Positions 53,369-64,000 of a stretch of 64,000 bases of DNA are shown in pieces. Below the pieces are notes generated by a model. It was given only the letters and a program-made list of their open reading frames with translations. It did no database searches and was not told the origin of the DNA. Position numbers and translations under genes: made by a program. Positions within the stretch are counted from its first letter, which is position 1. Every line of letters begins with the position of its first letter. The stretch is from NCBI GenBank assembly GCA_963749075.1, contig CAVVLJ010000021.1, positions 96,001-160,000 on the forward strand, written 5' to 3'. The stretch is from an uncultured Pseudomonadota bacterium. Its GTDB lineage: Bacteria > Pseudomonadota > Alphaproteobacteria > JACZXZ01.

Positions 53369-54183
53369 TGCATATGTTTCCGCCGGTCGGCATGGAGCTG
53401 CATGATCGCCGCGGCGGTCTCCTCGATCGAGCGCCGCGTCACGTCGATCACCGCCCAGCCGTGCTCGGCGAAGACGCGACGTGCTGCGGCGAGCTCGCGC
53501 TTGACGGTGTCGAGGTCGGTGTAGTCCGTATCCTCGGACTCATTCAGCGTGCGCAGCCGGTTGCGGCGGATCTGCACGAGGCGGACGGGATCCTTGGTCA
53601 GCCCGACGATGAGCGGGTGGCGCGCCTCGAGGAGCTCGTGGGGGACGGCCACGCCGGGAACGATGGGCACGTTCGCCGCCTTGATGCCGCGGTTGGCGAG
53701 ATAGATGCAGGTCGGCGTCTTGGAAGTGCGCGAGACGCCGACCAGCACCACGTCGGCGTGATCGAGGTTCCAAGCCGCCTGGCCGTCGTCATGACTGAGC
53801 ACGAACTGCATGGCATCGATGCGGCTGAAATACTCCGCGTCGAGCTCGTGCTGCCGGCCGGGCAAATTGCGGCTCTCAAGGCCGAGATAGCTCGCAAGCG
53901 CCCCCATGATGGGATCGAGCACCGAGATGTGCGGCACCTTGAGCTTGCGCAAGCCGCCGATGAGCACCGTGTGCAGCGTCTTGTCGACGAGCGTATAGAC
54001 CACGAGGCCGGGCTGCTCGGCGATCTCCGCGAGGACTTTGTCGATCTGGCTCCTCGTGCGCACGAGCGGCCACATGTGCTCGTCCACGTCGATGCCTTCG
54101 AATTGCACGAGGCAGGCGCGCACCACGCTGTGCACCGTCTCGCCGGTCGCGTCGGAGACGAGATGGACGTGCTGCTTCTTCAC
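53365..54183 (-). CDS. pyruvate, phosphate dikinase regulatory protein (DUF299)
   Basis: HLVSDATGET, HDDG, GVSRTSKTPT. Confidence 0.93.
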   Translation of the reverse strand: MKKQHVHLVSDATGETVHSVVRACLVQFEGIDVDEHMWPLVRTRSQIDKVLAEIAEQPGLVVYTLVDKTLHTVLIGGLRKLKVPHISVLDPIMGALASYLGLESRNLPGRQHELDAEYFSRIDAMQFVLSHDDGQAAWNLDHADVVLVGVSRTSKTPTCIYLANRGIKAANVPIVPGVAVPHELLEARHPLIVGLTKDPVRLVQIRRNRLRTLNESEDTDYTDLDTVKRELAAARRVFAEHGWAVIDVTRRSIEETAAAIMQLHADRRKHMQ

Positions 54184-54600
54184 GGGTGCGCACCTGCTGT
54201 CATGGTATTCCGCCGGCTGTGGACGACTGGCTCCGAGCGGGCATAACCCGCGGTGCAAGCCGCCTCCTCCCCATTCGACCCCCGACATCGCTCGCGCCCA
54301 GGCCGACTTCTCAACCTGTGGCCGAGGCCGCAAGCGGCCTTGTGAATCCCGCGGCCGAAGAGGACGCACATTTGCGTTATCCCGGCTTTCCCCCTCTTTC
54401 AAATCCCCAAGCGGCCGGCCCATACTGCCACGTCCGCCGCGTTTGTCACAGGCGATCCACGGCCGAGCGGCCAGCATGGGCAAGAGGGGCCGGACAGGGG
54501 AGTAAGATTGGGGGTAGATTTTACTCCCCGTGCTTAACAGGGACCCACTACTACATCTACCTTTCTTAGTTGAAGAGTCTTAAGGAAGAGGGCGAGGGGA
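54184..54600. other. probable chromosomal replication origin (oriC)
   Basis: DUF299-hemE intergenic position, as for Caulobacter Cori; degenerate DnaA boxes (TGTGGACGA ~54218, TGTGAATCC ~54341, CGATCCACG ~54453); box + GC motif + DnaA-trio-like ACTACTACATCTAC at 54547-54560. Confidence 0.8.
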
Positions 54601-55671
54601 GTGAACTCGGCAAGCGAGCAGACAAACCCCGGACCGGCCAGGCAGAAGCCGCTCTTGAGGGCGCTTGGCGGCAAGGGGCCCGGAGCGGTGCCGCTTTGGC
54701 TGATGCGGCAGGCCGGACGCTACCTGCCGGAGTATCGCCGCGTGCGCGAGCGTGCCGGCGGCTTTCTCGAGCTCTGCTTTACTCCCGAGCTCGCCGCCGA
54801 GGTGACGTTGCAGCCGGTGCGCCGCTTCGGCCTCGACGCGGCAATCCTATTTTCCGACATTCTGGTGGTTCCCTTGGCACTCGGGCGAGCCGTGCGCTTC
54901 AGCGAGAAGGAGGGGCCGCAGCTCGATCCTCTCGCCGATCTGGCGGACATCGAGCGCTTGCGCTGTGAGGATCTCGACGAGCGCTTGGCGCCCGTCTATG
55001 AGGCGCTTGCGCGCGTGCGTATGGCATTGGCTCCGGAGGTGGCGCTCATCGGTTTCGCCGGTGCACCATGGACCGTCGCGGCCTACATGGTAGAGGGACG
55101 CACGAGCCGCGACTTCGCCGCCGTCAAGCTCGCCGCCTTCAAGCAGCCGGAGGAGTTCCAGCGGCTCGTCGATCTCATCGCCGAGGCAACGGCGCATCAC
55201 CTCGTCCGTCAGGTCGCCGCCGGCGCCGAGGTGCTGCAGATCTTCGACAGCTGGGCCGGCGTCCTTGCCGAGGCGGAGTTCGAGCGCTGGTGCGTGGCAC
55301 CGATCGAGCGCATCGTGCGCCAAGTCAAGGAGAGCTGTCCGACGGTCCCGATCATCGCGTTCCCGCGCGGCGCCGGCGTCGGCTACAGCCGCTTCGTCGA
55401 ACGCACCGGCGTCGACGGCATTTCGCTCGATCCCACGGTACCGCTCGGCTGGGCCGCGCGCGAGCTGCAGCCGTGGGCGACGCTGCAAGGCAACCTCGAT
55501 CCGCTGCTTCTCGTTGCCGGCGGCGAGGCGATGCGCGCGGCCGCGGAGCGCATTCTGCAGTGCTGGGGCTGGGGTCCGCTCATCTTCAATCTCGGTCATG
55601 GCGTGCTCCAGACGACGCCGCCGGAGCACGTGGCCCAGCTGGTCGAGATCGTGCGCGGCTGGCGGCCGTGA
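54601..55671 (+). CDS. hemE: uroporphyrinogen decarboxylase
   Basis: WLMRQAGRYLPEY, ILFSDIL, FNLGHG. Confidence 0.97.
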   Translation: MNSASEQTNPGPARQKPLLRALGGKGPGAVPLWLMRQAGRYLPEYRRVRERAGGFLELCFTPELAAEVTLQPVRRFGLDAAILFSDILVVPLALGRAVRFSEKEGPQLDPLADLADIERLRCEDLDERLAPVYEALARVRMALAPEVALIGFAGAPWTVAAYMVEGRTSRDFAAVKLAAFKQPEEFQRLVDLIAEATAHHLVRQVAAGAEVLQIFDSWAGVLAEAEFERWCVAPIERIVRQVKESCPTVPIIAFPRGAGVGYSRFVERTGVDGISLDPTVPLGWAARELQPWATLQGNLDPLLLVAGGEAMRAAAERILQCWGWGPLIFNLGHGVLQTTPPEHVAQLVEIVRGWRP

Positions 55672-56735
55672 GCGCGCAGGAGCGGATTGCCGTCGTCCTC
55701 TTCAATCTCGGCGGGCCGGACAGCCTCGCCGCCGTCGAGCCGTTTCTCTTCAATCTCTTCAACGACAAGGCGATCATCGGGCTGCCGCCCGTCCTGCGCT
55801 GGCCGCTCGCCAAGCTGATCGCCTGGCGCCGGGCGCCGGTCGCGCGCGAGATCTATCGCCATATCGGCGGCGCTTCGCCGCTCCTGGCCAATACCGAGGC
55901 GCAGGCGCAGGCGCTCGAGGCGGCACTCGCGGAGCTGGGCGAGGTGCGCAGCTTCGTCGCCATGCGCTACTGGTCGCCGTCGAGCGAGAGTGCCGCGGCC
56001 GCGGTCAAGGCCTGGGGCGCCGGGCGCGTCGTCCTGCTGCCGCTTTATCCGCAATTCTCGACCACGACGACGGCGTCCTCGTGGCGCGCCTGGCGCGAGG
56101 CGGCCGCGCGCGCCGGTCTCTCGGCACCGGCCACGCTCGTCTGCTGCTATCCGCGCGAGGCGGGCTTCGTGAAGGCCGTGGCAGCGGCGGTGCGCGAGGG
56201 GCTCGTCGAGGCGGCGGCGGCCGCCCGGGGAGAGCGCCGCGTGCGCGTGCTCTTCTCCGCGCACGGCCTGCCGAAGCGCATCGTCGAGCGCGGCGATCCC
56301 TATCAATGGCAGGTCGAGCAGAGCTGCGCCGCGGCGGTGCTGGCGATCGGGCGGCGCGACCTCGACTGGCGGGTCTGCTATCAAAGCCGCGTCGGTCCGC
56401 TCGAGTGGATCGGTCCGGCGACGGACGAGGAGATCGCGCGCGCGGGACGCGAGGGCATCGCACTCGTCGTGGTGCCGATCGCCTTCGTGTCGGAGCATTC
56501 CGAGACGCTCGAGGAGCTCGACATGAAGTATGGCGAGCTGGCGCGGAGCTCGGGCGTCTCCGCTTACGTGCGCGTGCCCACGGTCTCGCTCGCGGCGCCG
56601 TTCGTGGCGGGCCTTGCCGGGCTGGTGCGGGCGGCGCTCGCGCGGCCGCTCGAGATTTGCCCGGGCGGGGGCTTGCGCATCTGCCCGGCGGCCACGGTGA
56701 ATTGTCCGATGAACGGCAAGGGGAGCGGCGGGTGA
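55668..56735 (+). CDS. hemH: ferrochelatase
   Basis: [32 protein letters not shown]. Confidence 0.96.
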   Translation: MSAQERIAVVLFNLGGPDSLAAVEPFLFNLFNDKAIIGLPPVLRWPLAKLIAWRRAPVAREIYRHIGGASPLLANTEAQAQALEAALAELGEVRSFVAMRYWSPSSESAAAAVKAWGAGRVVLLPLYPQFSTTTTASSWRAWREAAARAGLSAPATLVCCYPREAGFVKAVAAAVREGLVEAAAAARGERRVRVLFSAHGLPKRIVERGDPYQWQVEQSCAAAVLAIGRRDLDWRVCYQSRVGPLEWIGPATDEEIARAGREGIALVVVPIAFVSEHSETLEELDMKYGELARSSGVSAYVRVPTVSLAAPFVAGLAGLVRAALARPLEICPGGGLRICPAATVNCPMNGKGSGG

Positions 56736-57178
56736 GCTGGCTCGTGCCCATCTACCCTTGGGTCAAGGCGTTCCACGTCATCAGCGTGATCGCCTGGATG
56801 GCGGGGCTTCTCTACCTGCCGCGCCTCTTCGTCTATCACTGCGAGGCGGCGGCCGGCGCGGCCGAGGACAAGCGCTTCCAGACCATGGAACGGCGGCTGC
56901 TGCGCGCCATCATGAACCCGGCGATGGTCGCGGCGTACCTCACGGGCGGGCTGTTGCTGGCGACGCCGGGGTTGGTCGATTGGTCGCAGGGCTGGATTTA
57001 TGTCAAGCTCGCGGGCGTCGCCGTGCTCACCTGGGCCCAGCATGCCATGGGGCGCTGGCGCAACGATTTCGCCGCGGGCGCCAACAGGCATCCCCAGCGC
57101 TTCTACCGCATCATGAACGAGGTTCCCACGGTCGCCATGATCGTGATCGTGATCATGGTGGTCGTGAAACCGTTCTGA
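56732..57178 (+). CDS. hemJ: protoporphyrinogen oxidase HemJ
   Basis: [29 protein letters not shown]. Confidence 0.95.
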   Translation: MSWLVPIYPWVKAFHVISVIAWMAGLLYLPRLFVYHCEAAAGAAEDKRFQTMERRLLRAIMNPAMVAAYLTGGLLLATPGLVDWSQGWIYVKLAGVAVLTWAQHAMGRWRNDFAAGANRHPQRFYRIMNEVPTVAMIVIVIMVVVKPF

Positions 57179-57441
57179 GGGAAGGGCGCCTGCGCCCGGG
57201 TGCCGCACCTAAGGCGAGGGCGCAATTGAGCTTTCCCGCTGTCATCCGCATTTCGCTTGACGCGAGGGCCGCTTTGCGCGATCAATCTGGCGGATCTCCT
57301 CCAGCGACTCACGGCCTGCGTCCTTCCACGAGCTTGCGCCTGGTAGCTCCGCCTGCTCGGCGGGCATTATCCGATCATCCGGCCCGGCGCAGGGCGTCCG
57401 AGCGCTTCCCCTCCCCCCGATGCGACGCGAATAGGCGCGGC

Positions 57442-58782
57442 ATGAATCTTCAAGAGCTCAAGTCTAAGACCCCGGCGGATCTCCTGACCTACGCCGAGGA
57501 GATGCAGGTCGAGAACGCGAGCAACCTGCGCAAGCAGGAGCTCATGTTCGCCATCCTCAAGGTGCTCGCCGAGCGCGACATCGCCATCTTCGGCGACGGC
57601 GTGCTGGAGATCCTGCAGGACGGCTTCGGCTTCCTGCGCTCGCCCGAGGCCAATTATCTGCCGGGCCCGGACGACATCTACGTGTCGCCGAGCCAGGTGC
57701 GGCGCTTCGGCCTCCGGACCGGCGACACGGTGCAGGGGCAGATCAGGGCGCCCAAGGACGGCGAGCGCTATTTTGCCCTCCTCAAGGTCAACGAGATCAA
57801 CTTCGAGGACCCGGACAAGGTCCGCCACCGCATCAACTTCGACAACCTGACGCCGCTCTATCCCGACGATCGCTTCGTGCTCGAGCTCGAGCCCGATGCG
57901 CCGCCGCCGCCGGGCTCGAGCCCGACCGGCCCGGCGCCGCGCCGCGGCACCGGCTCGCGCGACACGGAGTTGCGCGACGTCTCGCGGCGCGACTTCACGG
58001 CGCGCGTCATCGACCTCATCAGCCCGCTCGGCAAGGGCCAGCGCGGCCTCATCGTGGCACCCCCGCGCACCGGCAAGACGGTGATGCTGCAGAACATCGC
58101 CCATTCGGTCGCGGCCAACCACCCCGAGGCCTACCTCATCGTGCTGCTCATCGACGAGCGGCCCGAGGAGGTCACCGACATGCAGCGCTCGGTCAAGGGC
58201 GAGGTCATCAGCTCGACCTTCGACGAGCCGGCGGTGCGCCACGTCCAGGTCGCCGAGATGGTGATCGAGAAGGCGAAGCGCCTCGTCGAGTACAAGCGCG
58301 ACGTGGTGATCCTCTTGGACTCGATCACGCGGCTCGCGCGCGCCTACAACACGGTGGTGCCGTCCTCGGGCAAGGTCCTGACCGGCGGCGTCGACGCCAA
58401 TGCCCTCCAGCGCCCCAAGCGCTTCTTCGGCGCCGCGCGCAACATCGAGGAGGGCGGCTCGCTCACCATCATCGCGACGGCGCTCGTCGACACCGGCTCG
58501 CGCATGGACGAGGTGATCTTCGAGGAGTTCAAGGGCACCGGCAATTCCGAGATCATCCTCGACCGCAAGCTCTCGGACAAGCGCGTCTTCCCCTCGATCG
58601 ACATCACGCGCTCCGGCACGCGCAAGGAGGAGCTCCTCGTCGAGCGCGACGTGCTCGCCAAGATGTGGGTCTTGCGCCGCATCCTCATGCCCATGGGCAT
58701 GAACGACGCCATGGAGTTCCTCCTCGACAAGCTGCGCCACACCAAGACCAACGCCGAGTTCTTCCAGTCGATGAACCAGTAG
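57442..58782 (+). CDS. rho: transcription termination factor Rho
   Basis: [38 protein letters not shown]. Confidence 0.98.
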   Translation: MNLQELKSKTPADLLTYAEEMQVENASNLRKQELMFAILKVLAERDIAIFGDGVLEILQDGFGFLRSPEANYLPGPDDIYVSPSQVRRFGLRTGDTVQGQIRAPKDGERYFALLKVNEINFEDPDKVRHRINFDNLTPLYPDDRFVLELEPDAPPPPGSSPTGPAPRRGTGSRDTELRDVSRRDFTARVIDLISPLGKGQRGLIVAPPRTGKTVMLQNIAHSVAANHPEAYLIVLLIDERPEEVTDMQRSVKGEVISSTFDEPAVRHVQVAEMVIEKAKRLVEYKRDVVILLDSITRLARAYNTVVPSSGKVLTGGVDANALQRPKRFFGAARNIEEGGSLTIIATALVDTGSRMDEVIFEEFKGTGNSEIILDRKLSDKRVFPSIDITRSGTRKEELLVERDVLAKMWVLRRILMPMGMNDAMEFLLDKLRHTKTNAEFFQSMNQ

Positions 58783-58819
58783 GTCCGCGCGAAGCGGGCC
58801 GCACGCGCGGAGGGCGGCG

Positions 58820-60001
58820 ATGACCTCGGCGCAATCCCCCGCAGATGTGGAAGACCACCCGGTCGCCCGGCGCATCCGCCGGCCCGGGCCGAAGTACCTC
58901 CTTGCGCTCGACGGCGGCGGGCTGCGCGGCGTGGTGGCGCTTGCCTTCCTCCAGCGCATCGAGACGCTGCTGCGCGCGCGCTACGGCAACCGGCCGGACT
59001 TTCGCCTGCGCGACCACTTCGACATGATCGGGGGCACCTCGAGCGGCGCCATCATCGCGACCGGCCTGGCGCTCGGGCATTCCGTGGACGACATGCTCGC
59101 CGTCTACCGCGACTTCGGCCGGCAGGTGTTCGTGCGGCACATCTGGCGCCGCGGCCTTTTCGGCCCGCGCTTCTCGCTCAGAGCGCTCGAGGCCAATTTC
59201 CACCGCGAGCTCGGAGAGAGGACGCTCGGCACCCGGGAGATCACTTGCGCCCTCGTCCTCGTGGCCAAGCGGCTCGATACCGGCAGCGTCTGGGTGCTGC
59301 ACAACAATCCGTTCGGGCGCTATTACGGCGCGCCCAAGGACGAGCCCGCGGCGACGCCGAACAAGGATCTTCCGTTGCAGCAAATCCTGCGCGCGAGCAC
59401 CGCGGCGCCGACCTTCTTTCCCCCGGAATTCATCGAGGTGGCCAAAGGCCATTCGGGCTTCTTCGTCGACGGCGGCGCCAGCCCCTACAACAATCCGGCG
59501 CTGCTGCTCTTCCTCGTCGCCACCACGCCGTCCTACGGCTATGGCTGGCAGAGCGGCGAGCAGGCGCTCCACCTAACCTCGGTCGGAACCGGATTGGAAC
59601 GTCCGGCGCACGACGTGCGGGAGCTCCGCCACATGCCTTCCGCCCTGATGGCGACGCATGCACTGCGCTCGATCGTCGCCGATTGCAGCCGGCTGGGCCA
59701 TATGGTGCTGCAGTCCATGGCAGCCGTGCGCACGCCCTGGTCCATCGACCGGGAGGCGGGGGCGCTCGATCACGAGAAGCCGCCCGAGCGGCGGCTTCTG
59801 TCCTACGCGCGCTTCGACGTGCCGCTCGAGAGCGCGTGGATCGAAAGGGAGCTTCGCCGCCATGTGAGTGCTGCCGAGCTCGCGCCCTTGGGCGAGATCG
59901 ACAATGTCGCCGCGATCGAGCCGCTCTATCAGCTCGGTGCCGCGGCGGCCGAGCGCCTGGTGCGGCCCGATCTGCTGAGCTTCGCGGCGCCGCCCGCGTG
60001 A
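58820..60001 (+). CDS. patatin-like phospholipase
   Basis: LDGGGLRG, GTSSG, ASTAAPTFF, DGG. Confidence 0.9.
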   Translation: MTSAQSPADVEDHPVARRIRRPGPKYLLALDGGGLRGVVALAFLQRIETLLRARYGNRPDFRLRDHFDMIGGTSSGAIIATGLALGHSVDDMLAVYRDFGRQVFVRHIWRRGLFGPRFSLRALEANFHRELGERTLGTREITCALVLVAKRLDTGSVWVLHNNPFGRYYGAPKDEPAATPNKDLPLQQILRASTAAPTFFPPEFIEVAKGHSGFFVDGGASPYNNPALLLFLVATTPSYGYGWQSGEQALHLTSVGTGLERPAHDVRELRHMPSALMATHALRSIVADCSRLGHMVLQSMAAVRTPWSIDREAGALDHEKPPERRLLSYARFDVPLESAWIERELRRHVSAAELAPLGEIDNVAAIEPLYQLGAAAAERLVRPDLLSFAAPPA

Positions 60002-60011
60002 GTGCTGCCGC

Positions 60012-60989
60012 TTATGGGATCAGCACCGTCGAGCCCGTGGTCTTGCGCGCCTCGAGATCGCGGTGGGCCTGTGCTGCGTCGGCGAGCTTGTAGGTCTGGT
60101 TGACGCGGATCTTGACGGCGCCCGAGCGCACGGCGCGGAAGAGATCGCGCGCGGCCGCGAGGAGGTCCGCGTGCTTCGCCGCATAAGTCTGCAGCGACGG
60201 CCTTGTCAAGAAGAGCGAGCCCTTGGCGACCAGCATGCTGAGATCGAAGGGCGGCACCGGGCCCGAGGCGCTGCCGAAGCTCACCATCAGCCCCAAGGGC
60301 CTGAGGCAGTCGAGCGAGCGGACGAAGGTGTCCTTGCCGATCGAATCATAGACCACCGGCACGCCTTCGCCCTTGGTGATCTTCCTCACCGCGGCCACGA
60401 AGTCGTCGCGCGTATAGACGATCGGATGCTTGCAGCCGTTCGCCTTGGCGAGCTTGGCCTTGTCGTCCGAGCCCACCGTGCCGATGACGGTGGCGCCGAG
60501 CGACTTGGCCCATTGGCAGAGGATGAGGCCGACGCCGCCGGCCGCGGCGTGGATGAGGATGGTGTCGCCCTTCTTCACCCGGTAGGTGCGGCGGATGAGA
60601 TACTGCACGGTCATGCCCTGCAGCATCATGGCGGCACCCGTCTTGAAGTCGATCTCCTTGGGCAGCTTGAGCAGGCGCTCGGCCGGCATCACGCGCGCCT
60701 CCGCATAGGCGCCGAGCGGCCCCTGGCCGTAGGCCACGCGGTCGCCGGCCTTGATCTCCTTGACCCTGGGACCGACCTTCTCGACGATGCCGGCACCCTC
60801 GTAGCCGATGCCGCAAGGGTAGGCGGGCTGCTTATAGAGTCCGCTCCGGATATAGCAGTCGACGAAGTTGAGGCCGACCGCGTGGTTGCGCACGAGCGCC
60901 TCGCCCGGGCCCGGCTCCGGCAGCGCGAGGTTCTCCAGCCTGAGCACCTCGGGCCCGCCGGGCTGGCTGATGCGGATGGTCTCGACCAT
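60012..60989 (-). CDS. qor: NADPH:quinone oxidoreductase
   Basis: GGPEVL, GLNFVD, HAAAGGVG, KGSLFLTRP. Confidence 0.92.
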   Translation of the reverse strand: MVETIRISQPGGPEVLRLENLALPEPGPGEALVRNHAVGLNFVDCYIRSGLYKQPAYPCGIGYEGAGIVEKVGPRVKEIKAGDRVAYGQGPLGAYAEARVMPAERLLKLPKEIDFKTGAAMMLQGMTVQYLIRRTYRVKKGDTILIHAAAGGVGLILCQWAKSLGATVIGTVGSDDKAKLAKANGCKHPIVYTRDDFVAAVRKITKGEGVPVVYDSIGKDTFVRSLDCLRPLGLMVSFGSASGPVPPFDLSMLVAKGSLFLTRPSLQTYAAKHADLLAAARDLFRAVRSGAVKIRVNQTYKLADAAQAHRDLEARKTTGSTVLIP

Positions 60990-61029
60990 GGTCTCGCTCC
61001 CTTTCCCGATTGCTATTCGCTCCGGCGCC

Positions 61030-61725
61030 TCAAGCGAGGTGAGCCTTGAAGAAATCCGCGCTGCGCTTGTTGGCGAGCTCGGCCGCCGCCTTGTCGAAGT
61101 GCTGGCCGCCGGGCCGCGCGAAGGCATGCTCCATGCCGTCGTAGACATGGATGGTCACCTTCGCATTGCCGGCGAGGCCGCTCCTGATCTTGGCCTGGGC
61201 CTCGGGCGGGCAATAGGAGTCCTTGGCTGCGATGTGCAGCATGAGCGGCTTCTTGATGTTCCCGGCCTCCTCTAAGGCGCCCTCGATGCCGACGCCGTAG
61301 TAGCCCACGCTGGCGTCGGCGTCGGTGCGCGTGGCCATGAGGTAGGCGAGCTTGCCGCCGAGGCAATAGCCGACCGAGCCGACCTTGCCGCTCGCGCCCG
61401 GGATCGCGCGCGCATAGGCGAGCGTCGCCTTGAGGTCCTCGACGCCCTTGGCCTCGTCGAAGCCCTTGTAGAGGGCGAAGGCCTGCTGCCACTCGGCCTC
61501 GGTGCGGTCGCTGATCTGGATGCCCGGCTCCTGGCGCCAGAAGAGGTCGGGGCAGATGGCGAAGGCGCCGGCGCCGGCCAAGCGGTCGCACACGTCGCGC
61601 ATCACCCGGTTGACGCCGAAGATCTCCTGGCACACGACGATGCCGGGTCCCTTGCCGGAGGCGGGCTTGGCGAGATAGGCGGTGAATTGGCCGCCGTCGC
61701 TGGCGGCGATCGTCACGTCGGGCAT
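61030..61725 (-). CDS. dienelactone hydrolase family protein
   Basis: QEIFGVN, GYCLGG, HAF. Confidence 0.92.
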   Translation of the reverse strand: MPDVTIAASDGGQFTAYLAKPASGKGPGIVVCQEIFGVNRVMRDVCDRLAGAGAFAICPDLFWRQEPGIQISDRTEAEWQQAFALYKGFDEAKGVEDLKATLAYARAIPGASGKVGSVGYCLGGKLAYLMATRTDADASVGYYGVGIEGALEEAGNIKKPLMLHIAAKDSYCPPEAQAKIRSGLAGNAKVTIHVYDGMEHAFARPGGQHFDKAAAELANKRSADFFKAHLA

Positions 61726-61810
61726 GACCCCTCCTGTCGGGCGGGAGCTTTCTACGGAAGTGCGCTTGTCCGTGCTCGCCGCGCGAGAGTAGCGCGGGGA
61801 ATGCCGCTTG

Positions 61811-62272
61811 TCACGGGGACGCCTCCGGCAGATCCGGGTTCTCGAGCTCCAAGAGGCGGCGCTTGATGGCGATCCCGGCGCCGCCTGAATAGCCGCCGAT
61901 GCCGCCCACCGCAACCACCCGGTGGCAGGGGATGATGATGGGGATGGGATTGCGCCCGCAGGCGCCGCCCACGGCGCGCGGCACGCTGCCGATGCGCGCG
62001 GCGAGCTCGCGATAGGTGCTGAGCGTGCCGTAGGGAATGGCGAGGAGGGCCTGCCAGAGGCGGCGCTGGAACGGCGTGCCCTCGGGCTCAAGCCGCAATG
62101 CGAACTCGCGCCTCAGGCCGGCGAAGTAGCCGCCGAGCTGGGCCGCCGCCTCGGCGAGGAGCGGCGTCGCATCCTCGCCGCCGGCGCCGCCGAAGTCGAG
62201 CGCCACGATGGCGCCGCGGCGCTCGCTCACGGTGAGCGGCCCGAGCGGGCTAGCGAGGGTGAGGCTCGCCAT
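61811..62272 (-). CDS. ogt: methylated-DNA-protein-cysteine methyltransferase
   Basis: IPYG..Y, RAVG.A..NP..IIPCHRV. Confidence 0.93.
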   Translation of the reverse strand: MASLTLASPLGPLTVSERRGAIVALDFGGAGGEDATPLLAEAAAQLGGYFAGLRREFALRLEPEGTPFQRRLWQALLAIPYGTLSTYRELAARIGSVPRAVGGACGRNPIPIIIPCHRVVAVGGIGGYSGGAGIAIKRRLLELENPDLPEASP

Positions 62273-64000
62273 GGCGCTTCTCTCGGTGGGGCTCGAGCGC
62301 GGCGCGGAGGCCTGCGGGCGTGGTGATGGGCAGCGAGCAGGTCATGGCCGTGCAGACATAGGCCGTGGCGGCACCGTTGGCGAGGCCCTTGCCGTGGGCC
62401 GGATGCTCGGCGGGGAGTGCCGCACCGGGGGCGAGCACGGCGAGGAGCCGGTTCGGCTGCGAGACGGCGTAGGCCGCCTGGCGGAGCGCCTGGAAGCCCG
62501 CGTCCCGCGGCTCGCCGATGATGACGACCTGGACGGCGTGGGCGAGGAAGTCAGCCGCCGAGAGCAGGGTCGCGAGGGGGAAGACGTTGCGCGCGAGCTG
62601 GCCCGCGAAGGCGCGCAAGACGGCCTCGGCGCGCTCGCGGTAGAGCGCCTTGCCGGTGAGATAGTAGAGCCGTGCCAAGGCTTCGGCGGCGACGCCGTTG
62701 CCGGCAGGTGTCGCGTTGTCGTTGGCCGTCTTGGCGCGCACGATCACGTCGTCCACGTCGTCGGCGGTGGTGAAATAGCCGCCCGCCTCGTGGTCGGCGA
62801 AATGGCGCTGCAGCGCCTCGGCCCAGGCCTCGGCGCGGGCGAGATAGCCGCTCTCGCCGCTCGCCTCGTAGAGTGCCAGCGCGGCGCGGATCATCGCCGC
62901 ATAATCCTCGAGGGTGCCGCGGTGCTTGAGCGTGCCGGCGCGGTAGCTGTGGAAGAGGCGGCCGGAGCGCTCCATGTGCGCGGCCACGAAGGCGAAGGCG
63001 CGCCCGGCCGCGGCGAGCCAGGCGGGCTCGGCGAAGACGCCCGCCGCCTCGGCGAGGCCTGCTATCATGAGCCCGTTCCAGTCGGCCAACACCTTGTCGT
63101 CCCAGCCCGGGCGCACGCGCAGCGCGCGCGCCGCAAGGAGCAGCTCGCGGCAGCGCGCGAGGGTCGCCTCGTCCCCGTCGTCGAGCGGAGTGGCCTTGCC
63201 GCCGCTGCGGTTGAGGATGTTGCTGCCCTCCCAGTTGCCTTCCGCGGAAACGCCATAGGCGGATTTGAAGAGCGCCGCGTCGGCGCCGAGGAGGCCGTCG
63301 ATCTCCGCCTCGCTCCACACGTAGAAGCGGCCCTCGTGGCCCTCGCTGTCGGCGTCGAGCGTGGCGGCGAAGCCGCCGCCCTCGGCTACCATCTCGCGCA
63401 AGACCCAGCCGACGGTCTCGCGCGCGCGCTGGGCGAAGAGCGGCTCGCGCGTCGCCTGCCAGGCGGCGGCGAGCAGCTCGAGGAGCTGGGCGTTGTCGTA
63501 GAGCATCTTCTCGAAGTGGGGGACGAGCCACACCGCGTCGGTCGAGTAGCGCGCGAAGCCGCCGCCCAGGTGGTCGTAGATGCCGCCCTCGCACATGCGC
63601 GCGAGGGTCACCAGCACGGCGTCGCGGTATCTCGCCTGGCCGCTCGCGTGCCAGGCGCGCCAGAAGAGCTTGAGGAGGGGTGCTTGCGGGAACTTGGGCG
63701 CCGGGCCGATGCCGCCCCACTCGATGTCCATGTGGGGCACGAGCTCGCTTGCGGCGGCGAGGAGGGCGGCGGGCGGGATGGCCTCGCCGGGCGCCGAGCG
63801 GGCGAGGCGCTCAAGGCCCTGGCGCAGCGCATCGGCATTGTGGCGGACGGTGTCCTTCTCGTCGCGGTAGATGTCCGAGACGCGCTGCAGGATGTCCCGG
63901 AAGCCGGGCCGCCCGTAGCGCGCCAGCGGCGGGAAATAGGTGCCGCCCCAGAAGGGCTCGCCCTCGGGCGTGCAGAACATGGTGAGCGGCCAGCCGCCCT
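62250..64000 (-). CDS. YyaL/DUF255 thioredoxin-domain protein (5' end outside the window)
   Basis: GGWPLT..PFWGGTYFP, GGIYDHLGGGFARYS, PHFEKMLYDNAQL, DDKVL..WNGL. Confidence 0.92.
   Translation of the reverse strand, partial: GGWPLTMFCTPEGEPFWGGTYFPPLARYGRPGFRDILQRVSDIYRDEKDTVRHNADALRQGLERLARSAPGEAIPPAALLAAASELVPHMDIEWGGIGPAPKFPQAPLLKLFWRAWHASGQARYRDAVLVTLARMCEGGIYDHLGGGFARYSTDAVWLVPHFEKMLYDNAQLLELLAAAWQATREPLFAQRARETVGWVLREMVAEGGGFAATLDADSEGHEGRFYVWSEAEIDGLLGADAALFKSAYGVSAEGNWEGSNILNRSGGKATPLDDGDEATLARCRELLLAARALRVRPGWDDKVLADWNGLMIAGLAEAAGVFAEPAWLAAAGRAFAFVAAHMERSGRLFHSYRAGTLKHRGTLEDYAAMIRAALALYEASGESGYLARAEAWAEALQRHFADHEAGGYFTTADDVDDVIVRAKTANDNATPAGNGVAAEALARLYYLTGKALYRERAEAVLRAFAGQLARNVFPLATLLSAADFLAHAVQVVIIGEPRDAGFQALRQAAYAVSQPNRLLAVLAPGAALPAEHPAHGKGLANGAATAYVCTAMTCSLPITTPAGLRAALEPHREKRHGEPHPR

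Noticed and set aside
58820-60001. Patatin as a CBASS effector
   Set aside because: No CD-NTase or other defence genes nearby; host-like GC

Overview
High-GC (about 70% by eye) alphaproteobacterial, Rhodospirillales-like chromosome segment that spans the probable replication origin (between the DUF299/PPDK-regulator gene and hemE, about 54.2-54.6 kb). Most of it is conserved core: typA, nth, dapB, pyrF, dnaK/dnaJ/grpE/hrcA, rph-rdgB-hemW, rsmI, gshB, comM, hisB/H/A/F/E, hslVU, lutABC, mltA, secB, dnaQ, coaE, maf, hemE/H/J and rho. Several small accessory inserts interrupt it. (i) A 2343-bp insert (7356-9698) splits an isochorismatase gene. It holds an end-less IS5 fragment, a 79-bp A/T-only tract, two small ORFs and a ~300-nt, strongly base-paired candidate ncRNA preceded by two perfect inverted DnaA boxes. 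(ii) A transposase-less IS1595/ISNha5-like cassette (40917-42688; TIRs plus 8-bp TSD) carries a pyrE-like gene. Inserts (i) and (ii) share a homologous small RHH-like gene followed, in the same orientation, by an NrdR-box-like motif. (iii) There are five type II toxin-antitoxin-like pairs, three of them stacked at a duplicated gshB/hicA junction. Single-base frameshifts in grpE and in a TIR-repeat gene suggest indel errors in the assembly, so odd junctions need read-level checking. All family assignments come from visual motif recognition; no searches were run.
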